This document shows, in pieces, positions 16,990 through 28,052 of a DNA stretch of 64,000 bases. How positions within the stretch are numbered: position 1 is the first letter of the stretch; each line of letters begins with the position of its first letter. The stretch comes from a virus (taxonomy: Duplodnaviria > Caudoviricetes): IMG/VR virus record IMGVR_UViG_3300031853_000031, positions 4,579 through 68,578 of that record; one strand, 5' to 3'. Position numbers and translations under genes: made by a program. The notes under the pieces are model-generated. The model had not been told where the DNA came from. It was given only the letters and a program-made list of their open reading frames with translations, and ran no database searches.

Positions 16990-17396
16990 GTGCTTTTATG
17001 TGTTCAAAAGAGACTCTATGGGATATGGCATTATATTTTGCTAAGTATTATCCGTGTGAGTGGGGTCACTTGTTAGAGAAGGAAGCTGGTGTAATTGAGA
17101 TCTATAAGGCTCTTGCTGAACTCAATGTCAAGTCTCTCATAGCAAGATACGGTGAGAGTGCTGTACCTGAGATGACTGGACCTTTGTCGGAATTATATTC
17201 TTATGAGGGCGATCTGGATGAGCAGGAAACAGATAATCTTTGCGTTGAGATGTCCTGTTATCTCTATCAGTCTTGTGAGGGTGACTGTGACGAGGATCCC
17301 ATATACGGATTAACACAGGAAATATTCAACGATACAGTGCGAGATGCGTTGTTTAGTAAACTCGACGACGATGTAATTACAATTTATTGGAGGTAG
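16986..17396 (+). CDS. Acidic hypothetical protein
   Basis: RBS AAAGGAGG; LNVKSLIARYGE...CYLYQSCE. Confidence 0.7.
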   Translation: MSAFMCSKETLWDMALYFAKYYPCEWGHLLEKEAGVIEIYKALAELNVKSLIARYGESAVPEMTGPLSELYSYEGDLDEQETDNLCVEMSCYLYQSCEGDCDEDPIYGLTQEIFNDTVRDALFSKLDDDVITIYWR

Positions 17397-17398
17397 AA

Positions 17399-17740
17399 AT
17401 GAAACCACTTGTTGAATATATAGGAAAGCCCGCACTTCTTGAGCAGACTGCTGAGGAGTGCTTAGAACTTGCATTCGCTTGTCTGAAACTTGCAAGATAC
17501 ATGCGTGGAGAAAACACAGTCTACGGACGGACGTATAGCGAAATGGTTGATTCCATTCATGAGGAGATTGCCGACGTGCGTATCACTATGGATGAGCTTG
17601 TTAATGCGGGCATGGTCCATTCGGACACCATATGGACTATGGAAGAGATGAAGAGAGAACGTATGGCAAGACGGTTTAAAGAATGTGATGGGGATGCTTG
17701 TGATATCGAATGGTTGAAGGAGGCTGAGACGGATGATTGA
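17399..17740 (+). CDS. MazG-like nucleotide pyrophosphohydrolase
   Basis: EQTAEECLEL...HEEIADV (ExxE...ExxD). Confidence 0.75.
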   Translation: MKPLVEYIGKPALLEQTAEECLELAFACLKLARYMRGENTVYGRTYSEMVDSIHEEIADVRITMDELVNAGMVHSDTIWTMEEMKRERMARRFKECDGDACDIEWLKEAETDD

Positions 17741-17984
17741 GGCTATAGCTGAACTCATGGATGAAAATCCGGGATTAGAAATTCGTTTAGAGCATGATCA
17801 GGATCTAAACGGAATTATATTCACAATCAGACTGGGGATAAATATCATAGAAAAAAGATATCTTATCAATGAAATTATAGCCGTGTGTGACGAAAATTTA
17901 GTGGATATCCATTTCAAGTATCTTCTTGAAGAAGCTGTAGAGGAGTTAAAGGAGGCAAACAAAAATGATAACAAAGAGATATAA
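17733..17984 (+). CDS. Acidic hypothetical protein
   Basis: Coupled ORF; RBS AAGGAGG. Confidence 0.6.
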   Translation: MIEAIAELMDENPGLEIRLEHDQDLNGIIFTIRLGINIIEKRYLINEIIAVCDENLVDIHFKYLLEEAVEELKEANKNDNKEI

Positions 17985-18285
17985 CATTATGCTGGCCGAC
18001 GGTCCTCTGGAGAATGATCCGGAAATAGATCAAGATATAGGTGAAGCAGTTAGAAAAACTGCAATGTCTCTTGAGTATCGGTGTAATATATTGCTCCGAC
18101 TCGAACAGGACTTTGGTCCAATATACACGATTTCAGTATCAAGCAGTGATCAACGGGTGTTTAAGAATATCGGATCAAGGTTAAGAGGTATCGCTTGCCA
18201 GTTATTGAAACTTAATAAAGATAAATATACCTCTATGAAATATTATAGTCGCTTATTAGTTGTTAAGGAGGCTAATACAAAATGA
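17965..18285 (+). CDS. Hypothetical protein
   Basis: RBS AAAGGAGG; coupled. Confidence 0.6.
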   Translation: MITKRYNIMLADGPLENDPEIDQDIGEAVRKTAMSLEYRCNILLRLEQDFGPIYTISVSSSDQRVFKNIGSRLRGIACQLLKLNKDKYTSMKYYSRLLVVKEANTK

Positions 18286-19055
18286 TTAAGCTAGAAAGCA
18301 CTAAAGTTGTTGGGTTTGAGCCGACTATAAGAGGTATGAGAAATCCAATGAATAGCTGGGAGAAAAGCGATACACTTTTTTGTGATTACGATGGGGATAG
18401 TTATACCATTAATGGAGACATGGCACCTATAGATAGTGGCTTTGAAGGCTGTGGTGGTGAGTATTATATTGTTGGTCCTAATGATCTTGACCTAATGAAG
18501 CGACTTGCTGCTGGCGGTCCTGTCCATGCTAAGTATAGAAGGATGATTGTGGTGTATGTAGATATTACCGCCCCATTATATTGGTGGAAGGAGTTTGACA
18601 CGTACAAAGTTGGTACAGTGGCTAATTCCTGCTCTACCATGCATAAGATTCATGCAAAAGAGTTCGAACTTGATGATTTTAGTCATGAACATATTATAGA
18701 CTTCTGGGGAGTAACGGTTAAAAGTCTAAATATGGGTAAATTTGATTTCGATGACCAGCCCATTATAGTACTTGGTGATGGAGATCATTTTGTTTCACCA
18801 TATGGCATTCTGAAGTTTACGATAAGTATGCTGAATAGATGTCGCGAATTATATTTAGAGACCAAAGACAAGAAGTACTGGTGGCAAATGATACAGTTGC
18901 TGCCGTCTTCTTACAACCAGAAGAGGACTGTAATGCTTAACTACGAAGTCTTGCATAACATCTACCACAGCAGAAAGGACCACAAACTTGATGAGTGGCA
19001 CTCCTTCTGTGACTGGATTAAGGAACTTCCATATGCGGATGAGGTGATATTATGA
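18282..19055 (+). CDS. ThyX-like flavin-dependent thymidylate synthase homologue
   Basis: VDITAPLYWWKEFDTYKVG...NSCSTMH, QLLPSSYNQKRTVMLNY...RKDHKLDEWH follow the ThyX topology with a divergent signature. Confidence 0.7.
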   Translation: MIKLESTKVVGFEPTIRGMRNPMNSWEKSDTLFCDYDGDSYTINGDMAPIDSGFEGCGGEYYIVGPNDLDLMKRLAAGGPVHAKYRRMIVVYVDITAPLYWWKEFDTYKVGTVANSCSTMHKIHAKEFELDDFSHEHIIDFWGVTVKSLNMGKFDFDDQPIIVLGDGDHFVSPYGILKFTISMLNRCRELYLETKDKKYWWQMIQLLPSSYNQKRTVMLNYEVLHNIYHSRKDHKLDEWHSFCDWIKELPYADEVIL

Positions 19056-19945
19056 CTATGTGGCCATTACCGGAAAATACATACTTAGGTTATAAAGATT
19101 TTTGTAAAGGTTGCAAACATTGTAAACCCGATATAGTATCTCAGGGCCTTGAGTATCATTTCTTGACTTGTGAGCACATGTCTGCTTGTGAGGCATTATA
19201 TTCGAGAATAACGGGAGGTGATAAAGATGCCACTGCTTTATCATAAACAGTGCATTATTTGTGGGGCTTATTTCAAACCAAGAAATAGAATCCAAGTCAC
19301 TTGTGGATCAAAGGTATGCCAAAGCGAATACAGTAAAAAAGTTAGAAGTCCTAAAAAGCATGGGTTAAAAGATCCGATGAAAGGACTTACCATGGATGCC
19401 ATTGCTGCAGAGAACCTTGGAATGACTTACGGGCAATACAAGGGAGCCCAATGGTGTAGGAACAAACAGGTAATGAGCAGCACCAGTCCGGTATATGAAT
19501 TTAGAGGCGTTGAATAGGAGGGATTATATTTTGGAAACAACAGCAATGTTAATCGAGTTTGAAAAGTGGTGCCCTAAGTGTAAGAATAATGTCCTGGCTG
19601 AGGAAGAGGATCCTTGTGATGAATGCTTAGAGCAGGGTTGGAACGAAGATTCCGTTAAGCCGATTAGGTTTGAGCCTAAGGAGTAAAATTATGACAAACT
19701 ATGAAAAGATGAAGCCGGCGTTAGATATGATCTTCGATGACGTAAATCTTGATGAAGCGGCAAAAGTTTTAAGTAACGGTCTTATCGCTTGTGAATTTTG
19801 CAATATTAGGAACTATTGCGATGAGAAAACGGATATTTATAACGACAGTAAACCGCCGTTAGGAAAGATTGTTACTTGCGAGGAAGTCTGCAAAATGTGG
19901 CTTAAAGAAAACGCAGAAAAAACAGTGGGTATAATGAGCGAATAG
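19052..19945 (+). CDS. Four small Cys-motif (Zn-finger-like) ORFs: 19052-19246, 19218-19517, 19495-19686, 19670-19945
   Basis: CKGCKHC..C, CIICG...CGSKVC, CPKC...CDEC and CEFC...C motifs; overlapping coupled ORFs. Confidence 0.55.
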
Positions 19946-19978
19946 TGCTCGGTTATTATATTTGAAAGGAGTTCGGAC

Positions 19979-20365
19979 ATGAACGAAGAAGTAAGAAACG
20001 AAGAGATCGTTGAAAAAGAAACTGTTAATAATGAAATAGTGGAAACTGAAACTTTTGACGAACCGGAAGTGATCCCGGCTGAAGAGGAATCTGACGGACT
20101 GTCTAAGGGAGCAGTTGCAGCGGTTGTCGTTGTCGGTGGACTCGCACTGTACGGTGCACGTAAATTAGTAAAAGACGTGATCGTACCAGGAGCGAAGAAA
20201 GCTGGCGGCGCGATTGTTAGCAAGATACCCTTTGACATCAAGAAGAAACCCAAGGTTCGGAAGAACAAGAAGGGGAATGTCGAAGTAGAAGTCGAAGCTG
20301 AGGAAGTGGACTTTGACGAGGTGTTCGAAGAAGACTTCGAGGATGAGGAGACTCCCAGCAAGTAA
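19979..20365 (+). CDS. Acidic-TM-basic-acidic membrane protein
   Basis: Promoter 19912; RBS GAAAGGAG; terminator 20389. Confidence 0.75.
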   Translation: MNEEVRNEEIVEKETVNNEIVETETFDEPEVIPAEEESDGLSKGAVAAVVVVGGLALYGARKLVKDVIVPGAKKAGGAIVSKIPFDIKKKPKVRKNKKGNVEVEVEAEEVDFDEVFEEDFEDEETPSK

Positions 20366-20452
20366 ACGAGTAAAAAACGCGAAACCGGAAGAGGATTAGT
20401 AGAAATTACTAGTCCTCTTAGGTTTTTCTCATAGTAATGAAAGGAGTATATC

Positions 20453-21223
20453 ATGAAAAGAGATTCAATTATATTTACCAATATGAAGTTGTTCGATGCT
20501 ATGGATTCGTTACAGGAGATAGGTGTTGTTGGAGCGCTAGCGAGTGTCGTTCTTATTACTATCGGCGGTTATGTTAAGGGACGGCATTGCAGAGCGCTTA
20601 ACGGTACCGGCAACGTGAATGGAATAGCTGACGTCGTCGAAAATCTTTATAAGTATTTTACAGACGATAATTCTGAGGTCATTGAAATCAAGAAAAGACA
20701 TGAAAATGAGGAGGACAACCATGAGAGGGATTAACTACAATTCTGCTAACTGGAATAACTTCAAAAGTAGAGCCAAGAGGGTAAAATCCGTTCAGGATCA
20801 GCAACAAATTAACCGTGAACTTATCGGTTATATTTCTATGCTGCAGGACCAGATAACAGAGATCAAGAAGAGTCTGGAGGATGATGGAAGATGAGTCCGA
20901 CTGGAACGTATTTGTGTTATGGGATTCAGCTAGCGGCTTTTTATCCTGAGCTTACATCTTTCAATTTAACCCCTTACAAGCTTAGTAAGGATCAGAAGTT
21001 CACAACGGTCTTTAAAAGGAGGACTCGAACAACCATAAGTCGGTGTGAATGGATGTTGAATTATATTTATACGAACAATGATGATATACCAGCGATAGTT
21101 AAGATGTTGATTGTTGGTGTTAATGCTGAGAATCGGTATCTTGATGTTAGAATATCTAATGAAGAGTTTGGTATGGAAGAACTTTGGAAGAAGTATGGAC
21201 CACGATTATATTCTAAGATTTGA
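20453..21223 (+). CDS. Three hypothetical ORFs (20453-20734, about 20721-20894, 20891-21223)
   Basis: RBSs and translational coupling. Confidence 0.55.
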
Positions 21224-21239
21224 AAGGAGATGACTAAAA

Positions 21240-22073
21240 ATGAACCTTGTAAAAATATTAAAGCCTTTAGAAAAAACCGCTTACCAGTTGCTTAGATCTG
21301 TTAAGGCTAACAGAACTACGCTCTACGCCATTGGAGCGACAGTTGGAGTGGTTGGGACGGCTGCGGCTAGTGCTAAGGCGGCTGTTAAGACCAAGGAGTA
21401 TCAGGAGGAGTATGCTGATGCGAGCTTTGCTGAGAAGGCGAAATTTATTGGTGGACTTTGGGTGATGCCGGTAGTAGTAGGAGGCGTTACTATCTTCTGT
21501 ATCTGGAGAGGACATAAGATCCACCTTGAGAAGGAAGCAAGTCTGGCTGCTATGAGTGCTTTCTGGAAGACCAAGTACGATGAACTTGATAAGAAAATCT
21601 CTGAGAAACTCTCTGAAGAAGAGTACAAAGAGGTTAAGGATGAGATATTCAAAGAGAACGTAGAGAAGGCAGCTAATGAACGGGGAGTGAATCTTGCAGC
21701 TCTGTCTAAAGGCCAGTTCTGGGTGTACGACGCTATAACAGGGCAGTTCATGAAGGTGACTGCAGACCAGATGACCTGGGCTACATATGCTCTTAATAAG
21801 CGTTTCATGGAAGGACAGGTCGTGCAGTATAACTGGTTCTTAGGACTGCTTGGAGGTAGACCGAGTGAACTTGCTAAAGACGTTGGTTGGGATCCTAACA
21901 ACGAGACGTTCTTTGAAATGTTGGACTACAATAATGGGTTCGGCATCGCACCGTGGCTTGATGTAGATGCTGACCATCACGCCGACATCAATATGGATCC
22001 TGTTAACTCTGAGGGCTTGCCTGTAGCGCAACTGTTCTACAAGTATGACCCCTTCTATCTATATGAAAAATGA
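21240..22073 (+). CDS. Paralogue family member 1 (DUF6353-like)
   Basis: AIGATVGVVGTAAASAKAA hydrophobic helix, second TM, C-terminal YNWFLGLLG...VGW; family name from recall. Confidence 0.6.
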   Translation: MNLVKILKPLEKTAYQLLRSVKANRTTLYAIGATVGVVGTAAASAKAAVKTKEYQEEYADASFAEKAKFIGGLWVMPVVVGGVTIFCIWRGHKIHLEKEASLAAMSAFWKTKYDELDKKISEKLSEEEYKEVKDEIFKENVEKAANERGVNLAALSKGQFWVYDAITGQFMKVTADQMTWATYALNKRFMEGQVVQYNWFLGLLGGRPSELAKDVGWDPNNETFFEMLDYNNGFGIAPWLDVDADHHADINMDPVNSEGLPVAQLFYKYDPFYLYEK

Positions 22074-22080
22074 GACGAAC

Positions 22081-22120
22081 GAACCCTTCGGGACCTGTAT
22101 GAGTTTCGAGGGGTTCTTTT
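22081..22120 (+). terminator. Intrinsic terminator
   Basis: GAACCCTTCGGGAC/GTTTCGAGGGGTTC hairpin followed by TTTT. Confidence 0.6.
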
Positions 22121-22580
22121 ATGGTGAGTGTTATGGGTAAAGATACACTATCATTAGGCGAAATTGTATTTCTAAAAGAATTTGACACTATTGGATGGGT
22201 AATAGATGAGGAAGATCCTGATGGCGATTATCGTGTAATGTATTACGATCACGGTCATTGTTGTTTTCAGTTATATTTCTTTGACATTACCGAAGTAGAA
22301 AGAACCGGTAGATTTGTTTACGATTTGCTTAAAGCAAGAGAGGAGTTAGTTGATTATGAGGATAACTAAGGATTTTGTGTTAGGGCTGTTGATAGGTATT
22401 GCTGGGATGAGCTGGGTTACTAATAAGAAGTTCGCATCTATCATTGAGGAAGACCGGAAAAAGCGTAAGACTACTGTAGAAGAGGCAACTGCTGAGATAC
22501 AGGACGTGGAGATCGCTGACATTATGGATATCTTTCACGAACAGGAGCAGGATGATGACGAGTACGACGACTTTATCTAA
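22121..22580 (+). CDS. Two hypothetical ORFs (22121-22369; 22350-22580 with TM and acidic tail)
   Basis: ORF track; coupling. Confidence 0.5.
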
Positions 22581-22855
22581 TCCGCAAGAAAAGCAGTTGG
22601 TATAATGGAAGGCTATAGGTCTTACTATTATATTTTGAAAGGAGTTTTATTATGAAGAAAGTATTGTTAGGAACTGGTTTAGGTTTCTTTGGCACCTGTT
22701 GTTTGTTATGCTGGAGGTGTCGTGATGATGCCTGGACCAAGGAGTTTACAGATTTTCTCTGGGAAGTGAACTCTGATTGTAAGAAAAAGATACTATAGTT
22801 GTACAAAGGGCTCTGTAATTATATTTACAGGGTCCTTTAGTTTTTTCGTTGGTTT

Positions 22856-23686
22856 TTGGAGGCTGTTATGAAACTACCGATTAAAGCTGTTAAGACAGCG
22901 CTGGTTAAGTATACGAAGATGATCCCTAAACTGATGGTCAAGGAGAGTCCTACTATACTTGCTGGGATAGGTGTTGTAGGCGTAGTTAGTGTTGCTGTAA
23001 CGACGCATACGGCGACCAAGAAGGCTGTGGAAAAGATGGAGGAAGTACGCAGCGAGGATGATTACGTGGAGCCCGAAACAAAGGTTGATGCTGCTATTGA
23101 GGAGGTAAAGGAGACATGGCAGTATTATATTCCTGTTGGAGCTATTATGGTGGTTGCTATCGTAGCTATCGTTCAGGGGAATAGGATAAGTTTGAGGCGT
23201 ATATCCATTCTTACTGATGCTTACAGGATGAGCGAGAAACTGAGGAAAGAGTATCAGACCAAGGTTAAGGAGGTCCTTGGAGAGAATAAGGAAGCCAAAA
23301 TCCAGAATGAGATAGCTCAGGACAGGCTTGATGAAGACCCTGTTGATGAGAAGTATGTCTATGCGACAGGGCATGGTAATAGTTTGATCAAGGACTGCTT
23401 TTCTGGAAGATACTTCTATAGCAATCCGGAGTTCATAAGACAAGTTAAGAATCAGTTGGATAGAAAACTCGTTATTGAAGATTATATTTCTGTTAACGAG
23501 CTTTTCTATAAACTAGATTTGGAGATGTTAGATGCTGCAGCGGACTATGGTTGGAGGGTAGACCACTGTGACATGAAGGATCTTACAGACATTAGACTAA
23601 TACCAGGTACAGCTTCTGATGGAAGGCCGTGTCATGTGCTGACGTATGAAGTTGAGCTGGGTTTTGATGTGTATGAGGATAGTTAG
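22856..23686 (+). CDS. Paralogue family member 2 (DUF6353-like); start probably ATG 22868
   Basis: SPTILAGIGVVGVV, YIPVGAI, ISVNELFYKLD...YGW. Confidence 0.7.
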   Translation: MEAVMKLPIKAVKTALVKYTKMIPKLMVKESPTILAGIGVVGVVSVAVTTHTATKKAVEKMEEVRSEDDYVEPETKVDAAIEEVKETWQYYIPVGAIMVVAIVAIVQGNRISLRRISILTDAYRMSEKLRKEYQTKVKEVLGENKEAKIQNEIAQDRLDEDPVDEKYVYATGHGNSLIKDCFSGRYFYSNPEFIRQVKNQLDRKLVIEDYISVNELFYKLDLEMLDAAADYGWRVDHCDMKDLTDIRLIPGTASDGRPCHVLTYEVELGFDVYEDS

Positions 23687-23930
23687 AAAGGAGTCGTTAT
23701 GAATAAGGTAATAAAGTTCGTGACCAGTCATAAGAAGGAAATCATGGCTATGGTTCTGTACGTTGGGGAAAAGATGATCACCGACCAGATCAATAAGCAT
23801 GAAATCCGGATGGCGGTTAAGGAAGAACTTGAAGATAAAGAGGAAGGGGGCAAGTAAGTTGCCTATTATGGGGTTTGGTGGAGTCATTTAGACACATCAA
23901 GCCCTATATTTTTCTCGCCGGTTTATAGAT

Positions 23931-24581
23931 ATGGAGGTAGATATGGATTTAAAGAGCTTGAAGCCTAATTCCAGGGCTTCTAAAGAGGGAAATGAGGAAA
24001 AATCCCAGGGGAAGAATTTGCAAAAAGCGGTTCTGGGGACGGTAATTGTTAAGGAAAAGACCGCACCCCATAAATTTTTCAGAACTTTCCTGGCGGAGGA
24101 CGCTAAAACCATAGAAAAGCATGTTGTTGAGGAGGTCGTGAAGCCAAGACTACTCGATATTATATTTGCAGCGGCTATGGATGGGCTCGAAATGGCACTT
24201 TACGGTCAAATTTCGACCAGAAGGAGTCGTGGAGGAGGCGGTTATACCTCTTATGGGAACTATTATCGGGGTTCTGATGACAGAAAACGGGAGAAAAAGT
24301 CAGAATCAAGGTCAAAACCCCTCGATAGAAGGACTATTTACGACCTTGAAGAGATGGAATTTGAGTTCAGAGAGGACGCTCAGAACGTTTTAGACGCCAT
24401 GTGTGACGTATTGGAGGAGTATCCTGCTGTGTCTGGGGCTGATTTGTGCCAACTTTTGGGTAAGCCGATCAATTATACTGACCGGAAATACGGCTGGACA
24501 GACCTTGGAAAGGCAAGAATCGAGCGTTTAAGAGGTGGAAATTACGTTCTGATCCTGCCCAGAGCGGAGGTTTTAGAGTGA
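23931..24581 (+). CDS. Hypothetical protein sharing the paralogue C-terminal ...LG...YGW motif
   Basis: VSGADLCQLLG...YGWTDL; central GGGGYTSYGNYY linker. Confidence 0.7.
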   Translation: MEVDMDLKSLKPNSRASKEGNEEKSQGKNLQKAVLGTVIVKEKTAPHKFFRTFLAEDAKTIEKHVVEEVVKPRLLDIIFAAAMDGLEMALYGQISTRRSRGGGGYTSYGNYYRGSDDRKREKKSESRSKPLDRRTIYDLEEMEFEFREDAQNVLDAMCDVLEEYPAVSGADLCQLLGKPINYTDRKYGWTDLGKARIERLRGGNYVLILPRAEVLE

Positions 24582-24661
24582 TAAAGCTAATTATATTTGC
24601 AATTCTCATATGGATTGTCGTTTACGTACTCGCTGACATGTGGTAAGCGGAGGGAATAAGC

Positions 24662-25041
24662 ATGGAAAGGCTAAAAATTCACATAAAAACGTGGAAAATT
24701 TGGAATAAAAGCTGTATGAATCGTCCTTTTTATAAGTTTTTGGTCCTGATCGGACTTGTTAAATCGCCAACTTTCGATATGTTAAAGGGTCATGAGGAGG
24801 AATTGGAAAAAACATGGCAAAAATTCCTGAAGAAAAGGTCGCTTTAGCCGTTGTTCACTCTAAAGTGGCCTTTGAAATGATGAAAGCAGACCCTACGATC
24901 AGGCATTCTTTGGTAATTTCTGACATTATTCCCGAAGATTTGGCTGTTGTAGTGGGTCGAGACGAGTTTGTTAAGTGGTTGGAAGGAGGAATCATACAGG
25001 AAAATGGGAAAACTGGTAGGAAAAGACGCCATAAATCCTGA
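24662..25041 (+). CDS. Two hypothetical ORFs (24662-24847, 24814-25041)
   Basis: ORF track; coupling. Confidence 0.5.
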
Positions 25042-25324
25042 TCATTACAAAAAACAGTGCTCAATTGAGTGCATCGAGGCTATGGAAATAGCTTTTGGGG
25101 CTGAAGGAGTGGTCAATTTCTGCCTTTGTAACGCCTTTAAGTACTTATGGAGGCATACAAACAAGGCTGGATACGAGGATTTAGAGAAGGCATCCTGGTA
25201 CGTTGACGCCGCAAGGGAGAAAATGCCCTTGATGGGTGATAAGAGAGGGCTTTATGAAGCTAAATTACTCTCTTTAAGTGAAGTTATCGCGACTTATGTA
25301 TTATATTTTGGAGGAAAATCATGA
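25004..25324 (+). CDS. DUF3310-like (SaV-like) protein
   Basis: INPDHY...ECIEAM...FCLCNAFKYLWR...KAGYEDLEKASWY. Confidence 0.8.
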   Translation: MGKLVGKDAINPDHYKKQCSIECIEAMEIAFGAEGVVNFCLCNAFKYLWRHTNKAGYEDLEKASWYVDAAREKMPLMGDKRGLYEAKLLSLSEVIATYVLYFGGKS

Positions 25325-26331
25325 AATTATTAAGCGTTGTTGCATCTAAAATGACAAATTCTATGGGTAAAGTTGGTTTAAAACTCACTAAGGCAGCTCC
25401 TGATATTCTCGTTGCTGCAGGTATTGGTGGACTTGTTGGAGCTACTGTTTGGCTGATTAAGAACGAGGAAAAGCGTAAGGAAATTCTCGAAGACTTTGCT
25501 GAAGAGAGAGAAAACATCGAGGCCGACAAGGAGATTTTAGAAGAGATGGCTGAATCTGGCAATACCGAGGCCGTAGAATGCCCTTCTGACGCACCAGAAG
25601 CCTCATATAGCGGTTTAGTGGTAAAATCCTATGTAGAGGTCGCTGGAAGGCTTGCAGGGCTGTATGCGGCTCCTGTGGCTTTATACGGGGTCTCTCTGGC
25701 TTGTATCTTAAAGAGCCATTATATTCTTAAAGGGAGAGTTGCAGGTCTTGCTGCTGCTTATGAGTGTCTGGACAGAGCCTATAAGAGGTACCGTGGGAAC
25801 GTCGTTGAGAGATATGGTGAAGAGGTCGACAAGGATATGGCTTACGGCAGAAAGAAGGAGACTATCATTGAGAGCCATCCAGATCCTGAGACAGGCGAGG
25901 AGATTGTTGAGACCAGCGAGAGAATGACTTACAACGTTCCTCTTGGTGGATCTGAGTTCGGTAGATGGTTTGAGCAGGGTGGTAGTTGGGAGTTTGAGAA
26001 GAACAATCCCATTTACAATATGACTTACGTTGTTGGAGTACAGGCTCAGCTTGATAACCTGCTGCACGCAAGAGGGCACGTATTCCTTAACGAGGCATAT
26101 GACGCTTTGGGATTTGAAAGAACGCCTGAGGGAGCTGTTGTAGGTTGGATCCTGGGAGCCGGGGACGATTGTATTGACTTCGGTATCAACGACAAGGTGG
26201 TTTGGGTTAAGGACCGCTGGCATGGCGACGGAGACGAGCTTACTGTTGTAGGAAGAGACGATTATGACGGCTTCAGACAGGGATTCTGGCTTGATTTCAA
26301 CCACGATGGAGTTATATTTGACAAGATTTGA
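25321..26331 (+). CDS. Paralogue family member 3 (DUF6353-like)
   Basis: APDILVAAGIGGLV, LYAAPVAL, RVAGLAAAY, GHVFLNEAYDALG...VGW. Confidence 0.75.
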   Translation: MKLLSVVASKMTNSMGKVGLKLTKAAPDILVAAGIGGLVGATVWLIKNEEKRKEILEDFAEERENIEADKEILEEMAESGNTEAVECPSDAPEASYSGLVVKSYVEVAGRLAGLYAAPVALYGVSLACILKSHYILKGRVAGLAAAYECLDRAYKRYRGNVVERYGEEVDKDMAYGRKKETIIESHPDPETGEEIVETSERMTYNVPLGGSEFGRWFEQGGSWEFEKNNPIYNMTYVVGVQAQLDNLLHARGHVFLNEAYDALGFERTPEGAVVGWILGAGDDCIDFGINDKVVWVKDRWHGDGDELTVVGRDDYDGFRQGFWLDFNHDGVIFDKI

Positions 26332-26398
26332 ATGAGCGGAATAAACGCTAAAGGTACCGGGCGTTTAGGAGATCAGTACAATTATATTTGGGAGAACA

Positions 26399-27806
26399 AT
26401 GAGCGATGGAGTAAAAGACGGCTGGGGAAGAAAGTATTTCAAATTCGCCGTTAATACGAAAGACAGGTGCTGTAAAGATTGTGATAGGAGGACCGTTGGA
26501 TGCCACAGCACCTGCGAGGATTATAAAAAATTTAGAGAAAGACACGAAGCAAATGTGAAAGCTTATAGAAAAGACCGTAAGAAGTGGGGTAGAAATTATG
26601 AGTAAATTATATTTTTTAGGTGGACTTTTGGTAGGTGGTCTTACCGGATTCTTCGCTGCTAAGAAGTATTATGAGCAGGTAAAGGAGGATGAACTTGCAA
26701 GACAGAGAGAATATTATGAGTCAGGTAAAGGAGACAGTGGGTCCAATGCTGACGGGTCACAAGAGGATGGTGGCCAGGAAGAAAAGAGTGCTGAGAAAGA
26801 AGACAAATCTGGAGATAGAGAAAGCAAAGAGGAAAAAATTACGCGTCTTAAGAACTATCAGATGTCACAGAAGGAGGTTAGAGAGCTTGTGGAGAGACAT
26901 GGATACGATGAAAGTAGAACTGTCAATCCCGGAGTGGGGGAGTACGCTGATGAAATAGAAATTATATCTCCTGAGGAGTATGCTACCGGTCAGACATATG
27001 CTGATGTGTCACTTACCTGGTATGAGAGAGATGGCGTTTTAGTCTATGATGAATGGAATGATGAGGACTATAATACTGAGGTAGTACTGGATGTTGAGAA
27101 CACTGTTGGGGTAGAGTGGAAAGAGCGTTTTAGCGAGTTTGAGGAGGATACAGTCTATGTAAGAAACCATAAAACAGCCACTGATTATACCATAACAAGA
27201 GAGGAGACAGCGTATGAAATCGACTAGAAAATTTGGGTATTGTGGGGTGAGTGAATGGGTAAAATTAAGAGATCCGTTAGGGCTTATTATATTTGGTTAT
27301 TAGAAAAAAGCGGGTTGGAAAAGGGCCTAATTAAGAGGTATTCTAAGACTCTTGAGGAGCTTTTTAGGAGACCTTTTTACTGGAAAATTGCCCATGATGA
27401 GAACCGAATTACGGACATTTTTGAGCTTAGAAATGAGTATGTTGACGGGCTTGACGAGGGGTCTGCTGAGGAGTTTTTGGATGAGATGGGAGGTATTGAG
27501 GCGACCCTTTTAGAGTTGATAATCGTGCTTGCTTTGAGTGCGGAATTTGACATTATGCATGACGATGATGTGGGTGACAGAACGGGATTTTGGTTCTGGT
27601 GTATGATGGAAAATGCTGGGTTTGACAAGTACGATAACGAGCATTTTGACAGGCTAAAAGTGGACCTAATTGCGTCAGATATAGTGGATAGACACTATAA
27701 AAAAAATGGCACAGGCGGACTATTTTTGGCACAAAACTATGATGTTGACATGCGAGAAACCGAACTTTGGTACCAACTTAACTACTGGCTTAGGGAGAAT
27801 TTCTAG
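26399..27806 (+). CDS. Three hypothetical ORFs (26399-26605 Cys motif; 26598-27227 TM and acidic; 27255-27806)
   Basis: ORF track; coupling; CCKDC..R..GCHSTC in the first. Confidence 0.65.
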
Positions 27807-28020
27807 GATTTTGTGCCAAAAAAATGCTTTTGTGCCACTTTTGTGCCACTTTTTTTTGAAAAATGGCACAGCGCAGAGCCTTTATTTATGCGGGTTTTGG
27901 GGCTTTTGTGCCACTTTTCCACTTTTTTTGTGTACTACTACGTGAGAAAAAAATGAAATTTATAAAGAATATTTTTTTTCAATATTTTTGGCACAAGTGG
28001 CACAAAACGTTATATTGGCA
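27707..28020. repeat. Iteron-like TGTGCCA/TGGCACA array; probable replication origin
   Basis: TGTGCCA at 27812, 27831, 27842, 27907; TGGCACA at 27707, 27727, 27864, 27989, 27998; AT-rich core about 27940-27988; directly upstream of the replicase. Confidence 0.7.
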
Positions 28021-28052
28021 AAAAATGGATTATTTGGAGGGCTTGATATGAT

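Larger units (their letters stand above)
9375..20428 (+). terminator. GAAA-loop hairpin terminator family
   Basis: Hairpins at about 9375, 11029, 12414, 12770, 14315 and 20389. The copies at 12769 and 20388 share the identical 40-mer GAAGAGGATTAGTAGAAATTACTAGTCCTCTTAGGTTTTT. Confidence 0.75.
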
